A stretch of 64,000 nucleotides of DNA from Phyllosticta citribraziliensis (taxonomy: Eukaryota). Positions 39,359 to 50,724 of the stretch are shown here, in pieces. Both the position numbers and the translations under genes were made by a program. The notes below the pieces were generated by a model. It worked only from the letters and a program-made list of their open reading frames with translations, was not told the DNA's origin and did no database searches. The stretch spans positions 1,922,001 to 1,986,000 of the forward strand of contig NW_027117344.1 in assembly GCF_038025025.1 (NCBI RefSeq). The letters are read 5' to 3'. Position 1 is the stretch's first letter. The number at the start of each line of letters is the position of its first letter.

Positions 39359-40071
39359 GGCGGTCGTTGGTGCTCTGATGGTCCTGTGCTCCGCTTACAC
39401 GGCCTGGCGTGTTGTCCCTATTATTGCTTAGCATCCGTGTATTCGATCACCTGTCAATACATGACTTTCTTCCAAGCGCGTCGTGAGCGACTTGTTAAGG
39501 GGCCCCGGAATTCGATTGTTTGCCTGCAGATTATCCACGGAAGATCTCTGTTTCTTTGCGGGTCGGGGAGCAAAGGCACTGGAAATGACGACATGGGGTG
39601 TCAGTGGCGCGACAAACGGAAGGCTTCGGTGGTGATTGCTCCCAAATACCTGACAAGTTCTCTAGTACAGCGGAGCCAGAGCACGGCTGGCGCGAATCTG
39701 TTGAAGAAAGCGGCTCTGTGGGCTGTTGCCCTCGCGGTCGTTTCGAAGAGGGCTTGAGAGACTGCCTGGGTGTCGGCATAGAGGTGCGGGTGATGGGTCG
39801 GCGCAGAGGCGCGCAAGCAAAATACGCACCCAGACTGATGCCGGCCTAGCCAGGCAGCAAAAATAGGCGACGGCAAAACGATATTGCTGGTGAGGCAGTT
39901 GGGAGAGAAAGGAAGGCGCGTCGGGGCCCGCGCACTCGCCGGTCTAGATATTCCCTCCTCCCACGAAGACCGTTTCTTTCTCTCCACCTATTATCCGACA
40001 ACGCGCACACGGTAAAGCTCACGCGAATCAATCTTGCTGCCGTGCCTGTACTGACTCCATTGCGTGAAAAG

Positions 40072-41225
40072 ATGTCCGACAATCGGTTCTCCTCCTCTCG
40101 GCCACCCGGCCACTACTGTGAGTGCCTGCGTTGGAGGCTTGTCTTGAACCCCAATGTACTAACTGGAACTCCAGACGACAACCGCGCAACGCAAGATCGC
40201 CGGTCTCCACGCCACAGATCGCAAAGTGAGTCTGACTCTTGAATGCTCCCACTTACGGTTCCGTTGACTGACAGCGCTGTCTTCAGGATCTCGGTCGCCC
40301 GCATCTCGCGAATCGCAATACACTTCGCAACGGCGAGGTAAAAGAAGCGCGAAGTGTTTCCCTCCCGAATTTCCGCTGACATCAAGCTCCAGAACGTTCG
40401 CCTCATTCTCGACGACAAAGGAGTAAGTCATAGATCAAGCCTTTGTCTCTGAATACGGGAACTGACCTGAATGCTCCAGCGCCTTCGCAACACGCGCACT
40501 CTTCGCGACGCACACACTCTTCGCAACGCGCGCGCTCTCCGCAACGCGCACACTCTTCGCAACTCGCACACTCTTCGCAACGTAAGTTTCCCATTTGAGT
40601 CATTCCGTCCAAGATAAGGTCATTGACATGTGCTGTAGAGTCTACAGCGGCGCAATTGACTGCAGCCAAAGCTGAAGTCAAGGACTTGAAAAGGGAGATA
40701 GAATTCCTGAAACTCCAACATCAAATGGAGGTGCAACAGCTGAAGCATGAAAAGGAAATGCTACAGCTGCAACATTATAAGGAAGCGCGAGAGCCGAAGC
40801 AAAAGCTCGAGCAATCCACGCGGCAGCGCACGCAGCCCCCGGAAAGACTCCTTGATTCCACCGCGCAACACCCGGTGCCCAAACGGGAAAGCCCGGAGCC
40901 CTCGCCGCAAAACTACCCGCTACCTCCGCAGCAAAAGTCTGCCTCCGAAAGACCGCGGGAAGCGCAAACAGCGGAAGAGAAGAAAGACCCGCGCATCGCA
41001 AACCCATGGGTGTACGATGAGCGGCACCATTCAATTATCAGATGTTGTTTCCACTACAACGTGTATGGCAACTGTCAGGTGCCGGGGAACTGTCATCTCC
41101 TGCACGCAATTCCTGAAAAAGAGTTGGAGCGATGTGAAAATCAGCAATGGGTGACGGAATACCGGGGCAAATATCGCATCCAGCGGGAATGGGGCCTGGC
41201 CAAAGGCAACCAGCGAAGGCAATGA
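40072..41225 (+). CDS. G2: micro-exon gene, RS/SP-rich domain plus coiled coil plus CCCH zinc finger
   Basis: Exons 40072-40117, 40175-40225, 40287-40337, 40393-40422, 40480-40581, 40639-41225; 5 of 5 introns phase 1. Encodes RRSPRHRSQRSRSPASRESQ and canonical C-x8-C-x5-C-x3-H (CFHYNVYGNCQVPGNCHLLH). Confidence 0.85.
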
Positions 41226-42219
41226 ATAGGGAGGGAGGGTCTTTAGGTCGATTGCCAGGGGAAGTTTGCAAGGAAACGATCGCAAAAGATCGCAATCAAC
41301 ACGTCGCAAACATTGCGCAATAATCTACGCCTTCTCTTGTCAATTGACACATATGTTCTGTGAAACTGCTTCTCCGCCGTAATTTTGAAGGTTATAAAAC
41401 ATAAAATAAGCCTCGAATGCTCCAAATGTACGCCCTCACGGGTATCCAAAGTTTCCCCAATGCTTCAAATCCGAGAGACTTGAATGTGGTCTGATAGTCA
41501 ACGTGTAGTCTCCTTGTACCTACAAGGCTCGCACACTGGAAGTCGACAGGTATGGCTACACTTGAGGGGAGACTTTCTGCAGTGAGTGGTCAAGGAGAGG
41601 ATGGAATTGTTCTGTGTGCAGCACAGCAGTCCCAAAGTCTACTGTGTGTGTTCGCGACAAGACGCGTAGAAAGAGGGAGAATCTCACACAGCCAAAAGGG
41701 CGCAGGTTTGCCTGTTTAAACAAAGGCTGGTGGGAACGTTTCAACGATAGGCTGACTTGGAGAAAGGGAACAAGACGAGGAACGAATGGAAGCTTGAGGC
41801 TCCACGCGGAAGTACACCAGGGACGTTCAAATGCGTTGTTTGTGAGAAGGCAGACAAGCAGCCTTCATCGGCGCCCCAGATCTTTCTACAAGTCGATGCC
41901 TTGTTGCGGCAATCCCTTGCAATGACTGTCGCTGAAACTATCTTGAATCTTTGGCTGATCACAAAGCAGACACAGCAAACAGGACCTTCACAAACGATGG
42001 AACTTCTTCGCCGTTGAATGCTGACCTTTTGCTGTCGCTGTAGCTTGCTTTTTCCCCGTTGCTCCCTGTCTTTCTATCTCTGCCTACTCCATTGTTCAAC
42101 TCTTGCCGTCTCCAACCGTATCACAAAGCTCCTCACTCTTCCCCGGATTCGACTGCTCCTGGTGCTCTTTTCTCCTTCATTGGAACCTTCCGCCCGTTCC
42201 TTCCCAAAACAATACCTCC

Positions 42220-44241
42220 TCAACGAGACTGGTCCGAACGATTCAGAACATCCAGTGCTTTTCCTACCACGTTCTCGAACTCGGACAATTGTCGATTTTT
42301 CGCGTCCCAAATCTCTCTCAAGTGCTCTTCATGCTCAACTCTTTCCTGCGCCAACACACATTCCGCTTCGAACAGAAGGTGCTCAGCATCGTCCCGCTGT
42401 TCGTTGGACCTCAGGAGGTCGGCTTCAGCTCGGTCGGCACGGTCTTGCTGTATCCTCAGCTGGGCACAGACATAGAGATAATCCTCCCTCTTGATGTGGT
42501 CTCCACCTGCTCCATTGTCGACGTCTTGAGCTTGGATGCCGTTGTCCTGGTTCTCGCCCGCATTACCCGCCCTTTGTTCTTGCGAACTAGGCCCCTGGAA
42601 CTCGGCCGCTCGGTCGCTAGGGAAGTATTCTGAAAGTTCCACTGTGCGCCGACCATACTCTGGCGAAGAGCTAGAACCCGCCCATCCGCGGCGGCCTGTG
42701 TGAATGTCGTAAAATTTGGCGGGAATCTTGGAGCAAGGGCGATGGAAATGCTCGCGTTTGTCGCACCACTGACAGGTATCTGAGCACTGTGTCCAGTGTC
42801 CGTGGATTTGTGATCCGCAACGGAGGCATATGCCTTTCCAGGTAAATCTGTCGAGAAAACAGTCAGTCCAGAAGACATTGAGATATTTCCGTCCTGGGAG
42901 TTACTCACGTTCCATCAAGGTCCGATTGGGAGATAACGCGGCCACCTTAAAGTTCTCAAGTGTCAGTAGAACCAATCGTCGAAACACATCCGTCCGGGAA
43001 CCTCAGGCGAAACACGTGCCTGGAGGATTTGTTTGCGGCTCCAAGGCCTGCTCCTGTTGTAGATCCTCTTGCTGCTGCCTCGGATCCACCACCACCAGCT
43101 GGCCGTCTTGAGATGTCGGTCTGGGAACGCTTCCCAAGAGCGTCTGAAACGACTGCGCGTTCGTCTGCTCATCCGTCTGCGCACCATTCTCTTGCGGCTC
43201 GTCGGGATTGGGTCAAGAAGCCGAAGCCGGGGCTACAAGGAAACATCAGCAGACTGGCCACGACGATGAGGATTAATATCAGCTTTGTACCTTGTCCTTT
43301 CTGGCCATGGGAATGCTGTGCCTGAAGGTCTACGCAATTTAGTGTCATTACGCAGTAATATCCGAGAAACCCTTTGCCCGTATCGGCTCTTTCGTATCGC
43401 AAAGGCCTCGCAAAAACGGGTATCGGAGGGTGACATACATTGAGGTGCGTAGTGTGGTGTTGTTGCTGGAGCACCATATCAGCTGTTGTATTTCCAAGGG
43501 AGGTATGATTGGACGACTTACAATGGGGCGGAAATTGGCATGACGCTGTCTCTGAAGCTGAATTGTCAGCCAACGAAGACTTGTTCGAGGGACTACGTAC
43601 GCTGCGGTGGTGCATGCTGAGGCGCATGATGAGGCGCATGCTGAGGTGCATACTGAGGTGCATACTGAGGCGCATACGGAGGCGCATACGGAGGCGCATA
43701 CTGAGGCGCATGCTCTGAAATACCAGATGTCAACCGAAAGGTTCTCCATAGGGACAAGATCGCGGAAGGGCATACGTGGTTGTGCAAACGGCTGCGTCAA
43801 CTGAGGAGTAAACTCTGGAGCATCGTGAGTCGAGACAACCCCAAAGACACATATTTGAGGGATAACCAACGCTGCTGCCACTGGGCCGGTGGTGGTGCTA
43901 GATTCCGGTGTCAGCATGTGGAGATTCCCAGGCAAATTCCACTGCCCTTTCGTTCCTTGCGGTTGCTGCTGCAGAGGCGGCGGCAGCGGCTGCGGGGGCG
44001 GCGCTGGAGACATAGGCGTCAACTCTCAAAGGCAGCGGGAGGATATTGAGACGCTCTGGGATTCCTTACCTTGCTGAGGGTAGCCTTGAGGCTGGTAGCC
44101 TTGAGGCTGGTAGCCTTGAGGCTGGTAGCCTTGCAGCTGCTGGTTGTCTTTTGTTGTTCAGTGAGATTCGAAGCAGAAATAGAGCAGTGTGCACTCACGG
44201 CCGTGTTGGCCATTGGGCCAGGAAGACTGATTCGGCCACAT
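42220..44241 (-). pseudogene. G3: micro-exon gene, Q/Y/P low-complexity domain plus double zinc knuckle plus coiled coil; two lesions (pseudogene or rescued by exon skipping)
   Basis: Exons 44241-44199, 44147-44070, 44003-43956, 43897-43871, 43814-43776, 43714-43601, 43557(or 43545)-43522, 43465-43439, 43329-43291, 43232-43020, 42945-42909, 42847-42220. Encodes CLRCGSQIHGHWTQC-x3-CQWCDKREHFHRPC. Lesions: GA donor at 43955 and in-frame TGA at 43215-43213. Confidence 0.7.
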
Positions 44242-44570
44242 GTCTTGACACAATGGAGTCAGTACAGAGCGGATGGGGCAGTTTTTTCTCGAGCTTACCG
44301 TTTAAATTTCGCTCTCGAAAGGTGTGTACGGTAGGGTAGCGGAGTGGTGCGCGCAGGCGAGGCGACCTGAATGGGCACCTTCCTCGCACCGCCTGCGGAC
44401 GCGGTGCCGGATTAATTCGCCCACTGGCTCCGGCTGCGTTGTCATTATTCGCGGCTCTTCCGCTCCAGATCCTCTTCCAAACACCAACACCACTGCGAGC
44501 GTTGACAAAAGTAATTGTCACCCGGGGCAGAACTCCACCGTTGATCTTGTGCTGATCCCTTCATGCGAAG

Positions 44571-46099
44571 ATGTCGAACGCTCCGAACCCTTACGCCTGG
44601 CCTCAGGGCCACCCAAACCGCCGTCAGTAAATCTTGCAGCGCGCTTGAGCCTCTCTGACAGAAACAGCTCCTCAAGAATACGGCTACGCGCCGCAACAAG
44701 GTGAGCTCGCGAGGGAATTGCTGCTTATGACTTCATCGACTAACAGCATCATCTCCAGGGCCGCCTCCGCCGGCTCCTCAACCACAATGTCGGTCACGTT
44801 TTTGTTGGCTTTTTGCGAACTTTTGGACTCACAATGCTCAATTCAGACAACGATTTTCAAAATTGGGCTCCACCCCGTAAGTTAACTTCCGAGTCTGGTC
44901 TGAGGTGGTCCTTGTCGACTAACAGAAGGGACTGTAGGACAATGGACACCAGGTCCACCTCAAAACTGGCAATACCACCAGCGTTGGTCATCTCTTGGGG
45001 GCCCAAGGTTTCTTCCAGCTAACACAAAAGAAGCCCAACAAAACTATCAAGGGTCTGCCCGTTCGTCGCTCCCCCAAGCCCTTTTCTGGCAAATTGATTC
45101 ACTGACACTGGATGCAAAGGACCTCAAGTAGGAGCGCCGCCTCCTTCAAATTACTGGTCACAAGGTATGGTGTTCCCAGACATTGTCAAAAAACTCTTTG
45201 GAGGTCGTTGAACATTTGAGAAGGGTACAACTATGGGCCAGAACCTCCACGTATGTCGTACCTTGGTGTCTTGTTTCCTATTTGAAGTCCTTTGCTGACA
45301 TGACGTCGTCCAGGGCTGGCCCCGCCTGAAAGTATGTTCAATTTTCATTGTTGCATCAATATTCTCGTAGTATACTGACAGGAATTAGATATCAACAACT
45401 CCTACGGGGTTGAAAATGAATGGCGGATGGCTCCTCCAGCGGCAGCAATATTGCCCGTAAATCGTAACTTGCTTATCAACTCCCGCTTTCTCACGATCCC
45501 GTCCGCTGATTGAGAACCCACAGAAAACAGTCAAGCAACTCATAACAATCAAGGTACTTACTCCTCAGATTCGTGCAGCCTTTTACTGATATTAGCTTGT
45601 GTAGATGATCGAACATGTAAGAAGTTGACTTTGAGAAGCATCTCCACGCCTCGTTACTGACCTAACATGTAGCTCGGACTACCGCCCCTCCGCCGGTTGC
45701 CCAAGAATCACCGGAAACAAAGGAGAGATATGGTAAGTTTACCGTGAGTCGCCCCTGGGTCTCCTAGGCCCGAGCTGACGTTGCACAACAGAACTCTATC
45801 GAGATTTATTCAAAATGGCAATCGAAATGATCGAAACCCTCCAAAGACAAAACAGCGAATGTCGACAAGAAAAGGAACAACTTCAACATAAATTAATTGA
45901 AGAGCGTAGACTCCATCGTCTAACGGAAGAAGCGAGTTTCGAAGCCATCAGAATTGCCACCAGAAACGCCACCAGTAACGCCACCAAATCCAAGAAGCAA
46001 TACCGCAATCTGCGAGAATTGTATTACAAGCCGTTTGAAATGCCCAACGAGTCACAAAATGATTCAAGGATTGGGCGGATCAGAAGCAAAACACTCTAA
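44571..46099 (+). CDS. G4: 14-exon micro-exon gene, P/Q/Y/G-rich low-complexity domain plus coiled coil (3' end uncertain)
   Basis: Exons 44571-44622, 44668-44700, 44747-44788, 44847-44876, 44938-44982, 45034-45060, 45120-45164, 45224-45250, 45314-45331, 45389-45463, 45524-45553, 45605-45616, 45673-45732, 45792-46099. All 13 introns are GT-AG and phase 1, with no in-frame stop. Confidence 0.8.
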
Positions 46100-46494
46100 A
46101 GAACACTGGAATAAACAGTAAGTAAGCCTGCAAGCGCTTTACCATTGATATTTGGCTGACCAAAGAGGCAGAAAAACATGATCAAACATAACGACCAACT
46201 TCAATCAAAATTTGGTCCAAAATCACCCTCAAAAGCTCGCTTAAACCTCCCAAACCGCGCCCGAAAAGCTCGCCTCAAAACGCTTTTAACAACCAGGCTC
46301 AACAAACCATCCAAACCCCGGCCCAACAGGTCCTTCAAAACCCGGCTTCAAACGCCACTCCAAACTGCGGCGATATCGCCCAAAGCATGGCTCTGGGGAA
46401 TGGCAGAATCGCCACAAAGGCCACGGGTCTTGGAACCAGCATGTCTGCTGCTTGGTTCCCCGCGCTGGGCGCTTCGCTGGGCGATTATTTTGGT

Positions 46495-46612
46495 ACGCAA
46501 GGCGTATCTGCGCAAGGCGCTTTGGATGCGCGTGGCGTATCTACGCAAGGCGTATCTGCGCAAGGCGCTTTTGATGCGCGTGGCGTATCTATGCAGGGCG
46601 CATCTGGGCCTT
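46495..46612. repeat. Tandem repeat (about 2.5 x 48 bp, built from 15-18-bp subunits)
   Basis: caaggcgtatctgcgcaaggcgctttggatgcgcgtggcgtatctacg is repeated; reads QGVSAQGALDARGVST on the + strand. Confidence 0.85.
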
Positions 46613-47201
46613 CGCGCGGCGTTAAGATCGTCATGAAATCCAAAAATTTTGCTGCACGAAACTACCTGAAAAGTCAAGCAGGCAAAATTGAAACAAGGCC
46701 CTCAAATTTCGAGGCCGCACTCAAATCGGGCTAGTACGTTCAAAAGGCGGAGAATCATGGGTCGGATCGGGCAAAGAAATACGCAAACCAAACGAATGAA
46801 AGCAGGCATAAACATTCCGCCTTGTTGGTTTCGGAATCAAAACTTTCACAATGAACCTTGGGCGGGTCCAAAACTGTCCACACAAACATCAAATCACCGA
46901 AGGAGACCTTGTTGGGTTGCAATGGGGGAAGAGAAAAAGGGCAACAATAAGACACAAACATGAAGCAATGAAAAACCTCGTTCTCGTACAATTTGCCCTA
47001 CGTTTACTGACTGTGATCGACATGAGATAACAATGCCTCGTCTCCCCAGACTTCTCTCGCAAAACTGAAAACTTCAATCGAGCAGTTCTCATGAAGGAAC
47101 CGGAACAAGGAAAGAAGAGAGAGCGGTCAAGGTCGCTTGCGGCATGAAAGGTTGGATCATGGGAATCCCATGAACGCTCCTTAAAGACAACCGGCAGCGC
47201 T

Positions 47202-50200
47202 TCAGAAGTCAAACTTGACGTGCTGCTCCTCGACCTCTTCGAAGATGTTGGCCCACTTGCGCTCCTTGGGCGGCGTCTTCCTCAGCCTCTGAATTTCATT
47301 CAAGAACTTGTCGACGACCTCCTTTCTTTCGCGGGCGAGCTGTCGGCGACTTTCGGCGTCTGGGAGTAGCTCTGCGAGGCCTTCGTAGTCGTGGCCGCAG
47401 GTGTCCATGTAAGCGTCAAGGTATATTTCGAGTCGAAAGGGGCGTATGGGATCCACTGGGTCCGGTAGGTACCGCAAGGGAATATATGTACATGTATGGG
47501 AATAGGTTTCGTGGGGTGTCGGAATCCACAAAGGGATTGATTCCTGAAGCGCATTAGGTTCAAATACAACGATGTTTGGGAGCAACACCAGACGAAGTCA
47601 ACGGGCGGCGAGACATACCGAAATGATGACAATATTCTTTTCCTCCTGCTTTCGGTAAGCTCAAATTTCAAATTGGGCTGGGAACAAAATACCTTGAGTC
47701 TTTGAAGCCTCGATGAGGAATCCGAGAACCAGCCTTGCGCAGGTTTGATTACGGATTTCGCAACGTCCTCCCTTGCAAGTGCTCTTTGGGCAAGAATCTG
47801 GATCCAAGTATCTTTTTGATGGTTTTCGACGCACTGGGAAAACTCGACGCACTTCCATTCCAACTGAACGGCAAGTTCGTGCTCCTCCTCTTCTACCTCT
47901 TTCATGTCTCTCTCCACATCGGCGAGGTCTGGCTGTTGTGCTGAACACCGGTTCCGCAGTTCTGCGACGCTCAAGCTCGAGCCTGGAGATTTAGTGCGTT
48001 CGATATCTGCAAAGTTATCGCCACAACATGTGTGCGTCATTTCAAGCGCCTCAAAAGCGGATAGTCGATAGATGACCTTCGCTAGTTCGTGCTCATCAAT
48101 CGCACATCCCAACTGTCTCAAGAGCAGAAAAAGCTCAATGTGCCACGGCAACGCATGAAATTCTTCCGCATACGAGTGACAGCCTCTGATTCGATGGCCA
48201 CGATAGCCACCCGAAAGGTCTTCGATGGGTATGTTGTTGTAAAGGAAACGTCGGAAGATGGAGCATCCGTCAGGACAACAGTGGCAGGTACAAGCATCGG
48301 CTTGAGACATCTCTGCGCCCATGTGTAACAGCAAGGCGGCTTTTAAGATCGACTTTCTTGCGATTATGGGGTTCGTGAACGTCGGATTCAGCCTCCCTCT
48401 CATGACGACTGAACCGTTGAGCAAGTCCAAAAGATGATGTATAGCCGTCTTTCCACACTTATCAGGTATTCCAAGAGATGCACCTTTCGAAACTGCTTTC
48501 CGAATCGCCTGAAGCATCGTTGAAGCGTCTGTATCCATGGCTGTGGCCAGTGACATTGTCATGGTCCATCCAAAGTCGTCCTGATGATTGATCGAATACT
48601 CGCTAGCGTCCAGGAGGATCGAGGCCTCCTCAGGTAGCATTATTCGGTGGAGCAGTGTTCTTCCGTGGTTGCAAATCTGCCCCATATCGGCCCCAATATC
48701 TACCAGGTACCGGAGCATGTTCAACTCATTCTCGTGTGGAGTACGAGTTCTGAATCTGAAGTCCATTCTGAGACAGTCTCTGGCGGAACGATTGATTACA
48801 TCTCTCAGCTTTTCATAAGAGACTCGCGGGGTACACCACTCCAGAAGTTGAGCGAAAGATTCAGTGCTTCCGCTCATGGCTGCGTAGGTCCAGGAATCAA
48901 AATTTTGATCTTCGAGTCTTCGATCATGGTATGGCGATCTGTGTGTTCGAAAAGGGTCCGCTCCATGATGAAGGAGGGATCGTACAGAGGTTGCCTGCCC
49001 ATACGCTGCCGCATACATCAGTGGTGTGATCCCGAAGAAGTCTTCGATATCTACTCTGGTAATGTTGACGATTGAATGCTCCAAGATCTCAGGATGCAGG
49101 ACAGCCAAGTGAATCACAGAGTGGCCCCATACATCGGTTTGCCGCAATGAAATCTCTTCCAAGTCATCTGCTGGTAGGATTGCCGTGTCAAGCTTTCCAC
49201 TTATTACAGCGCAATGCAACGGCGGAAGACAACCGGAGACTGCTTAGAATGAGTGCTTGGACACAATGAGGCGTTGGTGCTGAAGAAGGAAATTCATGCA
49301 GGGAGCTTACCACTCTCGTACTCAAGTATGCTTGTGATAGTGTCCAGATAGAAAGGATCCCACGGTTCCTGGTCACCCTGTGACTTAAGATTAAGCCAGT
49401 TTCCAACGAGGCTCTTTGATGCAGCGCTGAGCTGTCCGACTTCAATGTCCAAAGATGGTGCATGTCGTAGAAAAATTTTCAATTTCGACCTCGAATGTTT
49501 GGAAGCGGCGCGGGCCATTAAGTCATTCAGTACGTCGATTGGTCTAGAGATTGATTCGTGAACGAAGTTTCATATGTTATGGAGATAACTCACCTGGGTG
49601 TTTTCCAGCTGACTCCTTGTTTTACAAGTAGAAGCGAGAGCTGGATTGCGTAATCTTGGGCTTCTTCGCTGGGTTCATGGGTAAACCCATCCAATGCAGC
49701 CTACTGATGTCAATCGATAGACTAGAATGGTTTAGGAAGTAATCACCTCGAGGTATCCGCCATGGATGCCTAACCCCAAAATTAAGGTGTTGTCATCCAG
49801 GTCAATATGGCCTGAACTACAAAGTCGCATGAGATCCGATCGTGTTGAGTCAAAAGATGGATACGGATCTCCCATAGATGGGAACATTCGACACAGGACC
49901 ATGCCTGGGCTTCCCTCTGTCACAAAGCGTTGGTACTTCAATGAAATGCCAACATTCAGGCTTTTGTACCATGACAACATGATGTTGAATCTCAGCAGCC
50001 TTTGTAGAGCCGAGATATCAAGAGAAATGTCGGCCTGGGTGCAGCGGCACTGCAAAACATGCAAAGACGGAGCAGCGAAGCCTAGTAACCGAAGTCGAGT
50101 CGTTTCGTTGTGGCAAGGACAACCGCAGGTTCCCAGCGCACACAGTGGTTGTCGAGAGGATTTACGAGGAGTGGGAGAAGAAGGGAATTCGTTGATGGCG

Positions 50201-50724
50201 AATTGTTTAGCTGAAGTCAAAGACGGCGTTGGTTGGTGAACGTTGGATGTAGCTCTTTCCAGGGAAGACAGAACTTGCAGTATGTCCTGTTGATTTTTCC
50301 ATGTTGCCCGCGCCAGATGAAGTGTCACGATGCGCTGGTAGATGGCCAGCTCGTCCAGGATTTCTTTCAGTTTCCTATCTTTTGCAAGCGAGCGAACGGC
50401 ATTTGCCACCCGCTTGAAGCTGCTTGAGTCGGGATTAGGAATCTGTGCTTCGATAAGGGTTTCCAATTCTTGAATCCTCTTCCTGCAACCTTTGAGCAGG
50501 TCGATAACATCGGCTTCCAGGTCTGGGTCCAGCGCGGCAAGTGCTCTTGGATCCTGAAGAGCTTCGACGTCTTTGGAGAAAAGGCGAATCTGTGACGCGA
50601 GCTCCAGGAAGGCACTGTGCCCACGATATTGTCTGATGCGAACAAGGACTTTGTGACAAGCATCCGAAAGTTGGATTATCGAAGCACCAATACCGATAAC
50701 AGCGATGAATTCGGCGCCCGACAT
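47202..50724 (-). CDS. Ankyrin-repeat protein with a fungal STAND N-terminal (SesA/HeLo-like) helical domain, multi-exon
   Basis: MSGAEFIAVIGIGASIIQL-type N-terminus; ankyrin motifs GITPLMYAAAYG, GRTLLH, GKTAIHHL; Cys motifs CTCHCCPDGC and THTCC; no P-loop seen. Confidence 0.8.

Noticed and set aside
43213..43215. TGA in G3 as an A-to-I-edited Trp codon (would give ASWPN)
   Set aside because: The aligned G1 residue is Leu, and G at the -1 position is disfavoured for fungal editing; unsupported without RNA data.
43348..44022. 224-aa minus-strand ORF with CASV repeats
   Set aside because: It runs through G3 introns and shifts out of the YAPQ frame; an artefact of unspliced reading.
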